This document shows positions 29,209 through 38,747 of a stretch of DNA of 64,000 nt, in pieces. Position 1 is the first letter of the stretch, and each line of letters opens with the position of its first letter. Below the pieces are notes generated by a model, which saw nothing but the letters and a program-made list of their open reading frames with translations, did no database searches and was not told the origin of the DNA. A program made the position numbers and the translations under genes. The DNA comes from Pseudomonadota bacterium (GTDB taxonomy: Bacteria > Bdellovibrionota > UBA1018 > CAIMNF01), in contig JAIXOQ010000017.1 of the NCBI GenBank assembly GCA_027486675.1, positions 123,986 through 187,985 of the forward strand, read 5' to 3'.

Positions 29209-30200
29209 AACCTACAGTTTTATCGGCCGTTCAGCCCACCGAGGGCCTGCATCTTGGAAATTACTTAGGCGCTATCCGGAACTGGATTGCCTATCAGGAA
29301 GACCATGATTGTCTTTTTTTTGTAGTGGACCTTCATGCAATCACCGTTCGACAAGATCCGAAGGTTTTGCGTAGCAATATTGAGCGGGCCGTCGCAACGT
29401 ATTTGGCCTGCGGTTTAGATCCGCGCAAATCCACTCTGTTTGCTCAGTCGATGGTTCCTGAAATTCTGGAACTCTCTTGGGTCTTAACTTGCCACTCGTC
29501 CATGGGTGAATTGGCCCGAATGACTCAGTTTAAGGACAAAAGCAGCAAGCAAGGCGAAAACATTCCCACGGGCCTCTTTGTATATCCCGTCCTAATGGCC
29601 GCCGATATTCTGGCCTTCCGCACATCGCTTGTTCCAGTAGGTGATGACCAAAAGCAGCACGTCGAACTGACACGTGACCTTGCAGAGCGCATGAATAATG
29701 CTTACGGCAAAGATCTCTTCATCGTTCCAAAACCGATGCTGGGCACGACGGGCAGACGAGTCTTTAACCTCCTTGAGCCCGAAAATAAAATGTCCAAATC
29801 TGACCCTACTGGCCTAGGTGTGGTTTTCTTATCTGACGATGACAAAACCATCGAGAAGAAATTTAAGAGAGCCGTCACCGATTCCGGCACGAGCATCAAT
29901 CCAGAGGCCTTGAGCCAAGGACTTAAGAACTTGATCGAAATCCAAGCCGCCATACAGAATACATCGCTCGAAACGTTGGCCTCCCGCTATGCCGGCAAAC
30001 AATACGGAGTCCTTAAAGTTGAAACGGCCCAAGTTGTCATAGAGCACCTGCGCCCCATCCGCGATAAAACCGATGCCCTACTTCAAGACCGGGCTGCCCT
30101 GCACCAGATCCTGCGGGAGGGAGCCGAAAAAGCCAGGGAGAGGGCCTCGGCCCAAGTGAAAGAAGTTTACAAGCGGATCGGGTTTGTCGGAAGATCCTAA
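29205..30200 (+). CDS. trpS: Tryptophan--tRNA ligase
   Basis: Class I aaRS HIGH-like (PTEGLHLGNYLGAI) and KMSKS motifs. Length 331 aa. Confidence 0.9.
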   Translation: MKPTVLSAVQPTEGLHLGNYLGAIRNWIAYQEDHDCLFFVVDLHAITVRQDPKVLRSNIERAVATYLACGLDPRKSTLFAQSMVPEILELSWVLTCHSSMGELARMTQFKDKSSKQGENIPTGLFVYPVLMAADILAFRTSLVPVGDDQKQHVELTRDLAERMNNAYGKDLFIVPKPMLGTTGRRVFNLLEPENKMSKSDPTGLGVVFLSDDDKTIEKKFKRAVTDSGTSINPEALSQGLKNLIEIQAAIQNTSLETLASRYAGKQYGVLKVETAQVVIEHLRPIRDKTDALLQDRAALHQILREGAEKARERASAQVKEVYKRIGFVGRS

Positions 30201-31011
30201 GAACATGGGTTGGACACAACGGGGCCCCCTTCAGGTCCGCCTAGAGCAGTTCGAAGGCCCCCTAGATCTTCTTTTATATCTGATTCAAAGCCAGGAACTC
30301 GATATCACTCGAGTCACTTTGTCGCGTATTACGGATCAGTACCTGACGGCCATTCGTGTTCATCAAGAACTCGACTTAGACGTGGCTGGTGACTACTTGG
30401 TGATGGCTGCGACCCTGATCCTTTGGAAGTCAAAGTCTCTGATCCCAACAGAAAAGTCGGACCAAGAGGTGCTTGAGGAAGTTGCCCTTCCACTGACGGA
30501 AGAACAGCTTCTTTTGATGCTTCAGGATCGGCAGCGCTTCATGGCTATCGGACAATGGTTAAATGGGCGCACTCTCCTTGGGGCTGAAGTTTTCGGCCGT
30601 ACCCAAGCACGCCCTCCGGTTGAAAAACTTTGGCGTCCTATGAAATTGACCCAGATGGTGACCGCATATCAAGACACCCTTTTACGCGAGCGTCGCCGAT
30701 ACAAAGTCCTACTGAAGAAAGAAACCGTTTCCTTATCGGAGAAGATGAAGGAATTTGGCAGCAAGCTTACTCTGATGCACACGACAGCACTGTCCGACCT
30801 CATTTCTAAAGACCCAACCCGAGGCGAGTGGGTGGTTACCTTCTTGGCCTCGCTTGAACTCGCCCGCCTCAAAAAATTACACGTGCTTCAAGAAGGCACT
30901 TACCAGCCCATCTACGTAGAACTGATCGATTCTTTGATGGAGTTTGATTTGAAACTCGCTCAAGGATTTGAATATGAAACTTCGCAAGCAGGAGGCCCGA
31001 CTGCACCATGA
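30184..31011 (+). CDS. scpA: Segregation and condensation protein A
   Basis: ScpA N-terminal signature (FEGPLDLLLYLIQSQELDITRVTLSRITDQYL). 275 aa. Followed by scpB with overlapping stop/start. Confidence 0.85.
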   Translation: MSEDPKNMGWTQRGPLQVRLEQFEGPLDLLLYLIQSQELDITRVTLSRITDQYLTAIRVHQELDLDVAGDYLVMAATLILWKSKSLIPTEKSDQEVLEEVALPLTEEQLLLMLQDRQRFMAIGQWLNGRTLLGAEVFGRTQARPPVEKLWRPMKLTQMVTAYQDTLLRERRRYKVLLKKETVSLSEKMKEFGSKLTLMHTTALSDLISKDPTRGEWVVTFLASLELARLKKLHVLQEGTYQPIYVELIDSLMEFDLKLAQGFEYETSQAGGPTAP

Positions 31012-32120
31012 GTGATGACGAAAAATTTATCCCCTCAGTATTGGTAGAGAATCCTTCTGAAATTCAATCCGTCAACCTAGACGAGGAAATCGAAACTCTA
31101 GAGGAACTAGAAGACGTCCTTTCTGACTTCAATGAGGCAGAGAGTGATCAGACTCTATCTAAGATGGAATCAGCCATGCGAAAGCACGATGAGGAAGTCA
31201 CTTCCGCTCTTACGGAACAACTGGCTGAATCTTCAGCTGACCTAGAAGAGCTAAACGCTGCAATGATTGCGGAAGACGAACTCCTGAAACAGGATGCCGA
31301 AGCGCTTTCTGATGAAAGCGAAGCGCCTACCCCGACTTTAGTATTACGCGACAGTGAAGGCCGCCTGGATTTAGGTGATCTGGAGTCATCCGTTGAGGCT
31401 TTACTGTTTCTTTCGGACAAACCCATATCAGCGAATCGTCTGCTTGAGCTCTTAGAGCTTGGATCGGAGCATGAGCAGGATCTTTCAGACGTTCTTTTAA
31501 ATCTGCAATCTCGCTACAACGAATCCTACTCAGGGCTTGAGTGCATTCCTGTGGCACGCGGCTATCAAATTCGCACAAAACCTGCGAAAGCAGATCTTGT
31601 GAAGAAGCTTGCCAAGGTACAGTTCCAACGTTTGTCCCGTGGAGCGATGGAAACTTTATCCATTATTGCGCTGAAGCAACCTTGCTTAAAGGATGACATC
31701 GACACTGTGCGTGGTGTGGATTCCAGTCATTTTGTGCGTACCCTTTTAGACCGTGGCCTCATTGAAGTGACAGGCCGAAGCGACGCCGTGGGTCGTCCTA
31801 TGACTTACGCAACAACCGATAAGTTTCTTGAAGTCTTTTCTCTATCTGATCTTTCAGCGATTCCAAGTCTGCATGAAATTGAGGCACTGGTACCGCAGTC
31901 TGAACAAGGGAACTCAGAAGAGATCTCCCCTGCCGTACAGAAGATGCGTACTTTAGTGGGCCAGATGAATATTGAAGCGTCACTCCTCGATCAAAGTGCC
32001 GCGCAAGATGAACAAGATCTAAAAGAAATCCGTGACCGTGTGAAAGCGATTCCAATCTCTACCCCGTTTCTAGAGGCCGAAAAGCAAGAACAGGCGCAAC
32101 AGAAGTCAGAGTTATTTTAA
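31008..32120 (+). CDS. scpB: Segregation and condensation protein B with long acidic N-terminal extension
   Basis: ScpB winged-helix core (VEALLFLSDKPISANRLLELL...IPVARGYQIRTKP...LSIIALKQP). Preceded by approx. 110 aa of D/E-rich sequence. Confidence 0.8.
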   Translation: MSDDEKFIPSVLVENPSEIQSVNLDEEIETLEELEDVLSDFNEAESDQTLSKMESAMRKHDEEVTSALTEQLAESSADLEELNAAMIAEDELLKQDAEALSDESEAPTPTLVLRDSEGRLDLGDLESSVEALLFLSDKPISANRLLELLELGSEHEQDLSDVLLNLQSRYNESYSGLECIPVARGYQIRTKPAKADLVKKLAKVQFQRLSRGAMETLSIIALKQPCLKDDIDTVRGVDSSHFVRTLLDRGLIEVTGRSDAVGRPMTYATTDKFLEVFSLSDLSAIPSLHEIEALVPQSEQGNSEEISPAVQKMRTLVGQMNIEASLLDQSAAQDEQDLKEIRDRVKAIPISTPFLEAEKQEQAQQKSELF

Positions 32121-32127
32121 GGGGTAT

Positions 32128-33027
32128 ATGAGCAGTAAAGTTCGAGTTCAGAAGATTATCGCCAAAGCAGGTCTATGTTCACGCCGTGAGGCTGAGGAAT
32201 GGGTTCGCGAAGGTTTAGTTTCCATCAATGGAAAAATTGCAAAACTTGGAGACCACGCCGAGTTAGACGATGCCATTAAGGTGAAGGGGAAACTCTTACA
32301 CTGGCAGGAAGACGAAGCTTATTTTTTGGTCTACAAACCCCGCGGCGTGATTTCCATCATGACGGAAGATGCTGAAGGGCGCACTACGCTTAAGGACGTG
32401 GTCAAGCGCGTGAAGGAGCGGATCTTCCCTGTAGACCGTTTAGAGTACCTAGCCGAAGGCGTTTTACTTTTAACCAATGACGGAAAATTTGCGTTCGATC
32501 TTACGGAAAACATGGATGTTGTTTGCCGGTATCGCATCAAAGTGGACCGCCGCCCGAGCAATGAGGACATTGATCGGTTGCGTCGCGGCGGACGCGTCGA
32601 AGGAAAAGCGATTGTGCCGGAAGCTGTCGCGATCATTGAGACCTACCAGAAAAATGCGCTCATTGAATTTGCGATTCGCGGGATGCATGCGCTTGATCTG
32701 AAGAAGTTCTTAGAGAACAAAGGATTTCACGCCGAAAAGATCACACGTTATGCGATCGGGCATTTGACCATTAGTGGTAGCGGCCCTGGCACGGTTAAAA
32801 AATTAGAAAAGTCCCAAGTACTTGCGCTTCTCAAGCAACCCGAACTCGGCGTGCGGCAAATGACCCAAGATCACTCAAAAATTCGCCCACGCGATATTGC
32901 TGAGAAAAAGCCACTCAAAGGAAAACGCACTGAGAAGAAAAAGGTGAAATCGCGGGCTAAGATTGCAGCCGTGCGCACCCCTAAAACTGCGGCGCGAGGC
33001 AAGGCAGTTAAGCTGTCGATGAAGTAG
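32128..33027 (+). CDS. rluB: 23S rRNA pseudouridine synthase, RluB/RsuA family
   Basis: S4 domain (RVQKIIAKAGLCSRREAEEWVREGLVSINGK). Catalytic region (LVYKPRGVISIMTED...FPVDRLEYLAEGVLLLTNDG). Lys-rich C-terminal tail. Confidence 0.8.
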   Translation: MSSKVRVQKIIAKAGLCSRREAEEWVREGLVSINGKIAKLGDHAELDDAIKVKGKLLHWQEDEAYFLVYKPRGVISIMTEDAEGRTTLKDVVKRVKERIFPVDRLEYLAEGVLLLTNDGKFAFDLTENMDVVCRYRIKVDRRPSNEDIDRLRRGGRVEGKAIVPEAVAIIETYQKNALIEFAIRGMHALDLKKFLENKGFHAEKITRYAIGHLTISGSGPGTVKKLEKSQVLALLKQPELGVRQMTQDHSKIRPRDIAEKKPLKGKRTEKKKVKSRAKIAAVRTPKTAARGKAVKLSMK

Positions 33028-33031
33028 GTTC

Positions 33032-33886
33032 TTATCCTGGCCGATTTCTTTTTGCTGCAAAGGACCTGACTGCTGAGCGTGGAGCGAATCTCAGCGCCTG
33101 AATCAGAGCCTGAAACTGTCTGCCCGGAATAATAACCCGCTGCTTTTGGTCTAATCCTGCGAGTGCCTTAATCGCAACCTCTGGACTTTGCATGAGTGCG
33201 CCATCAAAGGCCTTACTTTTGCTGGAGCCCGCAACACTTCTAAACTCTGTTGCTACAGGGCCAGGGCACAACACAGAAACCAGGATCCCCTGCTCTGACA
33301 GCTCTTCACCCAGTGCTTCGCTGAATGAATTCACAAACGCTTTCGTCGCGTAGTAGATGGCCATATAAGGCCCAGGAAGAAATCCCGCGGTCGATCCGAC
33401 GTTTAAGATCTTTGGGTTTGGATTTTGCTTAAGCAGCGGAATCATTTTGTAATTCAGGGACACGAGCGCATTCATATTGACCTGCATCATCTCGAGCTGG
33501 CGCGGGAGCGGCAGATCCAGAAAGGCCCCAGTGAGGCCGAAGCCTGCGTTGTTGATGAGTACCGAAATCTTAAGCTTTTTCGAATTCAGGAACGTAAGTA
33601 GGAGATCGGCCGCATCCGGCAACTGTAGGTCAAGTGAAAGAGTTTCGCACTCCACTTGATAGTGTTCACGAAGTTCTAATTTCAGCGCTTCGAGCCGCTC
33701 CAGGCGCCGAGCGATGAGGATGGAAGGAATGCCGCGTTTTGCGTATTCACGCGCTAAATCGGCACCAATGCCGCTGGATGCGCCGGTGATGAGTGCATAG
33801 CTTTGATCGGATTTGGGTGGTCTCATTCGTTTGATCCTACGCGAAATTATTGGAAGCATTTCTCCATCGCAGTTCCTTGACTTCAT
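33032..33886 (-). CDS. Short-chain dehydrogenase/reductase (SDR)
   Basis: TGxxxGIG cofactor motif (ALITGASSGIGADLA). NNAG, and the YxxxK active site (YYATKAF). Confidence 0.8.
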   Translation of the reverse strand: MKSRNCDGEMLPIISRRIKRMRPPKSDQSYALITGASSGIGADLAREYAKRGIPSILIARRLERLEALKLELREHYQVECETLSLDLQLPDAADLLLTFLNSKKLKISVLINNAGFGLTGAFLDLPLPRQLEMMQVNMNALVSLNYKMIPLLKQNPNPKILNVGSTAGFLPGPYMAIYYATKAFVNSFSEALGEELSEQGILVSVLCPGPVATEFRSVAGSSKSKAFDGALMQSPEVAIKALAGLDQKQRVIIPGRQFQALIQALRFAPRSAVRSFAAKRNRPG

Positions 33887-33936
33887 TCCAAACGGCGCAT
33901 AGCCTTAGGGGTTCACAGGTCACCTGATTTTCATGT

Positions 33937-34013
<77 letters not shown>

Positions 34014-34033
34014 AATTTCGGGATAGTAAAACA

Positions 34034-34066
34034 GGGACAAGGCACAAAACCTTGTCCTTTTTTTAT
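34034..34066 (+). terminator. Rho-independent terminator downstream of tRNA-fMet
   Basis: GGGACAAGG-cacaaaa-CCTTGTCC stem-loop followed by TTTTTTT. Confidence 0.7.
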
Positions 34067-34534
34067 TTCTGCACCTCAGATCAAAAATACAAACAAAACA
34101 GCCGTAAAAACCACGGAATCCGAATGATCCTGCTGCTGGCTCAGCAGGCAGTCGAAGTCACTGAAGGTCGCGGTTCGGGCAACTAGAAGTATGCAAAATG
34201 GATGCATTTGGATGCCGAGCCGAAATTTCATCATTTCTTCGGATGCACGATTCTGAAATGCATCCAAGCGTTCTACAAGAATCTGATTTTCAAGGCGAAT
34301 TTACTCGCCTCCTAGGCTCCGGCACTGCTTGGTCCTAGGGGGCCCGAAGAGAAAAGTGGGCAACGTTTCGGAGGCCAAGCGAATTCCAACTTTCGAACAA
34401 ATCGTTCCATTTTTTTCCCTTTCTGCTCTGAATCCTAGTTAGTTCAAATGCGCTACAAAAAGGGCTGGGGCAGGTCGGCGGATATAAAAGATGTTTAGTT
34501 ACACGTAATCTGATCCAAAATACCATGACACCAT

Positions 34535-35779
34535 ATGAAAACAGAGAACCTGATCATTCCATCCGAAATCCCATGGGAAGAAATTAAAGGCAAAGCTCTG
34601 GAGGAATTGTTGTATTGGCTTCTCGATTCCATGGGAGCAAAAGATCTTGAGTGGCGAATCGGCGGAAAAGGAAATGGGACAGCTGACCAGGGCAGGGATC
34701 TTGAGTGTGTCTTCTACACGCAGACTCCAGAAGGGGAATTACTTCGGGAATCCTGGTGGATAGAATCTAAGGGACGTGTCGGCAAGGTAGAACCAGACGA
34801 AGTCAAAGGCGTAGTGCTGAATGTCGCAGGAAAAGCTTCAGTTGATGTTCTGGTGATAGCGACAAATTCAAATTTTTCGAACCCAACGCGCGATTGGGTG
34901 AAAGAATGGCAAAGAGGTCATCCGAGACCAATCATCAAACTCTGGGAGCGCACAGAGCTCGAAAAATTCTGCTCAAAATTCCCTACAGCTGTAATGCGAC
35001 TCTACTCAAAAGCACTAAGCACTCAAGGAAGATTGGAGGTGGTGAGATCAAGATTCTGGAATTACGCGTTATTAGCTGACGCGCCAACTCTCGAAGCACT
35101 CTGGAGTAAACATGAGGTACTAATTTCACCTGAGGCCCTCGCGGCGCTGATTACATCTGAGGCCGGAAATGGAAGTTTATCTAAGCGTCCCTGGGGCATG
35201 CGAGTAGATCCAGATACTTTGGGAAAAACTCTTATAAATTCACTCTTAAACTTAATATTTCTAGTCTTTCGCGCGGGGGACATCGGAGTAAGGCAGGAGC
35301 CATTTATAAAAGCATTATCTTACCAAGTTCTATGTGCGATGGACCGCTTGGGAAGTGATTATGTTGCAACATTACTCAAGGAATGGAATTTTGATGACCG
35401 AGCATTGCCACAAGAAATCAAAGAATTAATTTTGGGCCCAGTTATAGATACCTTAGTCACCGAAATTCGCGATGTTTGCACCAGTGATTGTTCACGGGTA
35501 ATGACCAGTCCATTGGAGTTATCGGAGCGAGATATAGAACTATACTGGTTTCGATTGTCGACGAATGGTTCTAACGAAAACAAAAAAGAGAAGGTGCTTA
35601 GTATGGAATCCCTTAAAACACCTTGCAAAGTAGGTTTTTGCGTAAGCGAGGAAGTTGGCTGTCCAGTGAATGGCGATAAGTACCGGAAGCGCGACACCTC
35701 AAAACTGCTTTTTGACATAAAAAAAATTGTTGACTTCAGAAAATCAGAAATAACCAAAAGTAGCCCATCATTGCCCTAA
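34535..35779 (+). CDS. Mrr-like restriction-endonuclease-domain protein with approx. 270 aa C-terminal region of unknown function
   Basis: N-terminal approx. 130 aa match the Mrr catalytic PD-(D/E)xK pattern (GKGNGTADQGRDLECVF...WWIESKGRVGKVEPDEVKGVV...VLVIATNSNFS). No motif recognised in the remainder. Confidence 0.5.
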   Translation: MKTENLIIPSEIPWEEIKGKALEELLYWLLDSMGAKDLEWRIGGKGNGTADQGRDLECVFYTQTPEGELLRESWWIESKGRVGKVEPDEVKGVVLNVAGKASVDVLVIATNSNFSNPTRDWVKEWQRGHPRPIIKLWERTELEKFCSKFPTAVMRLYSKALSTQGRLEVVRSRFWNYALLADAPTLEALWSKHEVLISPEALAALITSEAGNGSLSKRPWGMRVDPDTLGKTLINSLLNLIFLVFRAGDIGVRQEPFIKALSYQVLCAMDRLGSDYVATLLKEWNFDDRALPQEIKELILGPVIDTLVTEIRDVCTSDCSRVMTSPLELSERDIELYWFRLSTNGSNENKKEKVLSMESLKTPCKVGFCVSEEVGCPVNGDKYRKRDTSKLLFDIKKIVDFRKSEITKSSPSLP

Positions 35780-35959
35780 AATCTATTTGCCACCTTCAAA
35801 TCAAACACCACTTGCTCAATCGCCACTAATGGGCACCTCCGACGCCGGCCACTGAACCATTCCGAAGAAGGAGTCATGTCCTTTGTCGATCGATAGAACC
35901 GTCCCCGAAGACATCGCGGTCGCAATCCTAGCCGTCGCTTCCGGCTCATGTGTTGGGCC

Positions 35960-37576
35960 CTATTTCGCACGCTTCAATGAGACTGGCACTGCAGAGGCGC
36001 AATGAGCGAATGCTTTCGCTCGCTCTCTGAAGTCTGAAGACCTCGTGAAAGAGACATTACTTTTAACATCGCCTTTGTTCTTCATCGCCTGAATGGCATT
36101 TGCAATGAGGTTATAGTCCTGCGATACGCAGATCCGCGAATATCGCTTTTCGTCCGGCGTTACACCAGCACAGTTCTCAAAATATGAGACAGAAACATCC
36201 AAAATCGAATAATGCTGTTTATTCAAATTATAGACTTGGGTTTCAAGTGAAATGAGCGCTTCATTCTGTGCCAACTGCGTTCGGTAATACTCGATATCGC
36301 TCTTTTGGCTCTCAAGCTTCATGTCACCAATCGCTTCCAGAATCAAAACGTCGAGCTTAGCCATCCTTAAAGAACTCGACTCTTCTTCGGAGACCTTGCC
36401 ATTGCGACGCTGCTTTTCTTGCAACTCCGAGATGAAAAGTTTGGCTTGAGCAATCTGGTCTATCCTCTCTTTCTCGGCAAACTCGCGCTCAAGCTGTTGA
36501 CGCTCCTTCTCTGCGTCGCCCGTATACTCGCGAATCAAGAGTTCGTTTGAGGAAAGCGGAGCTTTCATAGCTATAGCATCGCCGCGACCTATGGACTTTG
36601 CCTCCGATTGCATCTGTTGCACAATCGTCGGCTTATAAAGGCGTTGGTCGCGATCGTGTTCACGAATCTTAGCTTTGAGTCTCTCAGCCTCAATTTTGTA
36701 TTCTTTAATCTTTTTTTCAGTCGACGCTAGCGCTTTGTCTCGCTGAGTAACAATATTTTGCTTAATCTCTTCACGGATCTTTTGCGCCGTGTCATAGACG
36801 GCGCGGTAAGTGCCGCCTTTCACTGAGTGAACCCCAAGACTACTTAGCATAGCCAGATCGCTCTTTTCGACTGAGAAGCCCTTGCCAAGTGCGTCGAGTA
36901 CGTTCAGGGATAGGCTAACGGAGGTTCCCACAGTGATGGTTTCATTTTCAGGTGTCGTCGACCACGCACAAACAAATTTCTGTTGGTCGGGAGAAAGCTT
37001 ACTGACCCAGCGGGTAAAGACCCCACTAAAGCAGGCATTGCTAAAGATCCTCAGAAATACTCCCCGTTCAGCAGCGCGGATCGCAAGATTCTCTAGTTCA
37101 TTGGTCGTTGTGCAGTCTTCACGAAATGTTCGAACGCCGCCCTTGGAGCCACCGTGGGTGTCAAAAAAAACATCGAGGATACTTCCCTCCTCCTGCGTCT
37201 CCACGGCGTTGTGCAAAGGATTCCAAAATTCTTGTACTTCGCGATTCCCTTCGACGATTCCAAATTCGATTGCCTCCCGAACTTGTTCTGCTTTTATGAG
37301 GTCAAAGTAGTGCGATGCAATTGCGCCCGTATCAAATGAGATGAAGTTGCCACCAGTTCGACTTGCATACTTTAGTGCAGCAGCACCAAATTCGTTTCGG
37401 GATTGGATCTCGCTTTTATCTGCCGCGCCTTGATTTAGAAAAACGAAGTGGGCCGGGGCCGCAGTTGCAACACACCCGACCATCAGAACGGAGGTAAGAA
37501 AAATAGTACCGACTGGCGACATATGCCGCATTATAGTTGACATAAATGGTAATGTAAAGATGATTTTTGTGTCCAT
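35960..37576 (-). CDS. Secreted/lipoprotein clan-CD (caspase/legumain-like) peptidase-domain protein with long C-terminal coiled coil
   Basis: Signal peptide with lipobox-like LMVGC. His-Gly ... Ala-Cys dyad context (FFDTHGGSKGG ... LRIFSNACFSGVF) as in C13/C14 peptidases. C-terminal half is heptad-rich (EKKIKEYKIEAERLKAKIREHD...). Confidence 0.45.
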   Translation of the reverse strand: MDTKIIFTLPFMSTIMRHMSPVGTIFLTSVLMVGCVATAAPAHFVFLNQGAADKSEIQSRNEFGAAALKYASRTGGNFISFDTGAIASHYFDLIKAEQVREAIEFGIVEGNREVQEFWNPLHNAVETQEEGSILDVFFDTHGGSKGGVRTFREDCTTTNELENLAIRAAERGVFLRIFSNACFSGVFTRWVSKLSPDQQKFVCAWSTTPENETITVGTSVSLSLNVLDALGKGFSVEKSDLAMLSSLGVHSVKGGTYRAVYDTAQKIREEIKQNIVTQRDKALASTEKKIKEYKIEAERLKAKIREHDRDQRLYKPTIVQQMQSEAKSIGRGDAIAMKAPLSSNELLIREYTGDAEKERQQLEREFAEKERIDQIAQAKLFISELQEKQRRNGKVSEEESSSLRMAKLDVLILEAIGDMKLESQKSDIEYYRTQLAQNEALISLETQVYNLNKQHYSILDVSVSYFENCAGVTPDEKRYSRICVSQDYNLIANAIQAMKNKGDVKSNVSFTRSSDFRERAKAFAHCASAVPVSLKRAK

Positions 37577-37719
37577 ACGCCAAAACGACTATAGAGACTG
37601 CTTAGGTGTGCTGCGCGCAAAAGGCCTCCACGGGACTTGCATCCTGCTGCAGTTCACGGAGTAGCCCCCCCTAATGCCGCCGACGGATTTAAAGGCTTTG
37701 AGCCAAACCTGTACCCCTA

Positions 37720-37766
37720 AAAATGGGAGACTTTGTCTCCCATGACAGACAGAGTCTCCCATTTTT
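37720..37766. promoter_or_regulatory. Three copies of a 9-bp motif ATGGGAGAC (one forward, two inverted) upstream of the wHTH gene; candidate operator
   Basis: ATGGGAGAC at 37723..37731. GTCTCCCAT at 37735..37743 (a perfect palindrome with the first copy across a 3-nt spacer). A further GTCTCCCAT at 37754..37762. Confidence 0.4.
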
Positions 37767-37928
37767 GACAGATTGGTCGGGTATTTACTTGGGGAGGCAA
37801 TTTTAGAATTCCCCAATCCTTTTCAAGAGATACGGCCATTTTCGGTCTAACGGCCTTTTTTCACCAAAGCTGGCACGCCTTTGCATCTCAGTAGTTCAGA
37901 AACACAAACCGAGAAAAGGAGAGGCTTA

Positions 37929-38747
37929 ATGAATCAGAAGCCAGGAATACAGGACCGGATGATCGAGGAAAAAGATGCGACCCCGCAATACAACAGCGGC
38001 CAACCGATGCCGCCTGATACATATGACGCAATATTGTTCACAGCGAAAACAGGATTTATCAGCGCTGGGATCTGGAGGCGATACTTCGGATCAGGAAATG
38101 ACAGATCAAAACGGCGAACCCTACGCCGCCTCTGCGAACGCAGCTACTTCCGCCGACATCACAGCGGGCAAGCGAAGAATGTATTTTTACTTGGAGCAGA
38201 AAGCGTCCAATGGCTTAAGTCTCGCGGATACGGATTTGTGAGAAGCGCCTATCTTGCACAGTTGGATCACGATCTCATCCTAGCGGAATCAGTTCTTCGT
38301 CTTGAACTCAAAGGATACTGCGACAGTTGGTGGACAGAAGCTGAACTGAAAATCGGCAGTGGCCTGGCCTATGCTGTGAAACCTGCGACCGGTTCACAGA
38401 AGCATCCAGACCTTCTGATTACTTTGAGCACGGCTGGCGGAGATCAGAAAGTAGCCATCGAACTTGAGCTCACTCAGAAGAGTGCTCAGCGCTACCAAGA
38501 CACGGTGAATGCCTACGATCGGATGGAAGACCTCTCAAAAGTTATTTTTGTGGCCAGGACGGACTCCGGGATGTTTGCAATAAAAAGAGCGTTCCAGACG
38601 CACGGCTCGGCGCGCCTCCGTGCGAAGGTGCTTTTTGCAGAGTTATTGGATTGGCACGTAGACCCGGGCAGAGCACCTCTCAGCGGGATGGACGGCACGA
38701 CATCGATCGCTGAAATCTGCAAGAACCAGAGGCTGACAGCGGCATGA
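37929..38747 (+). CDS. Hypothetical protein: N-terminal winged-helix-like region plus PD-(D/E)xK-like core (replication-relaxation-like)
   Basis: ORF from 37881. The ATG at 37929 has a strong RBS (AAAAGGAGAGG). Putative nuclease motif HPDLLITLS...VAIELELTQKS (D...E-x-E...K). Confidence 0.4.
   Translation: MNQKPGIQDRMIEEKDATPQYNSGQPMPPDTYDAILFTAKTGFISAGIWRRYFGSGNDRSKRRTLRRLCERSYFRRHHSGQAKNVFLLGAESVQWLKSRGYGFVRSAYLAQLDHDLILAESVLRLELKGYCDSWWTEAELKIGSGLAYAVKPATGSQKHPDLLITLSTAGGDQKVAIELELTQKSAQRYQDTVNAYDRMEDLSKVIFVARTDSGMFAIKRAFQTHGSARLRAKVLFAELLDWHVDPGRAPLSGMDGTTSIAEICKNQRLTAA

Noticed and set aside
34076-34526. Two 63-aa minus-strand ORFs in the tRNA-fMet / island leader
   Set aside because: No RBS, low-complexity translations, and they sit in a region rich in palindromes. 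More likely non-coding.
37870-37885. Sigma-54 promoter (TGGCACG-N3-TTGCA)
   Set aside because: Not called as a promoter feature because the -24/-12 spacing is 1 bp shorter than the strict consensus. Kept only as a note inside a finding.
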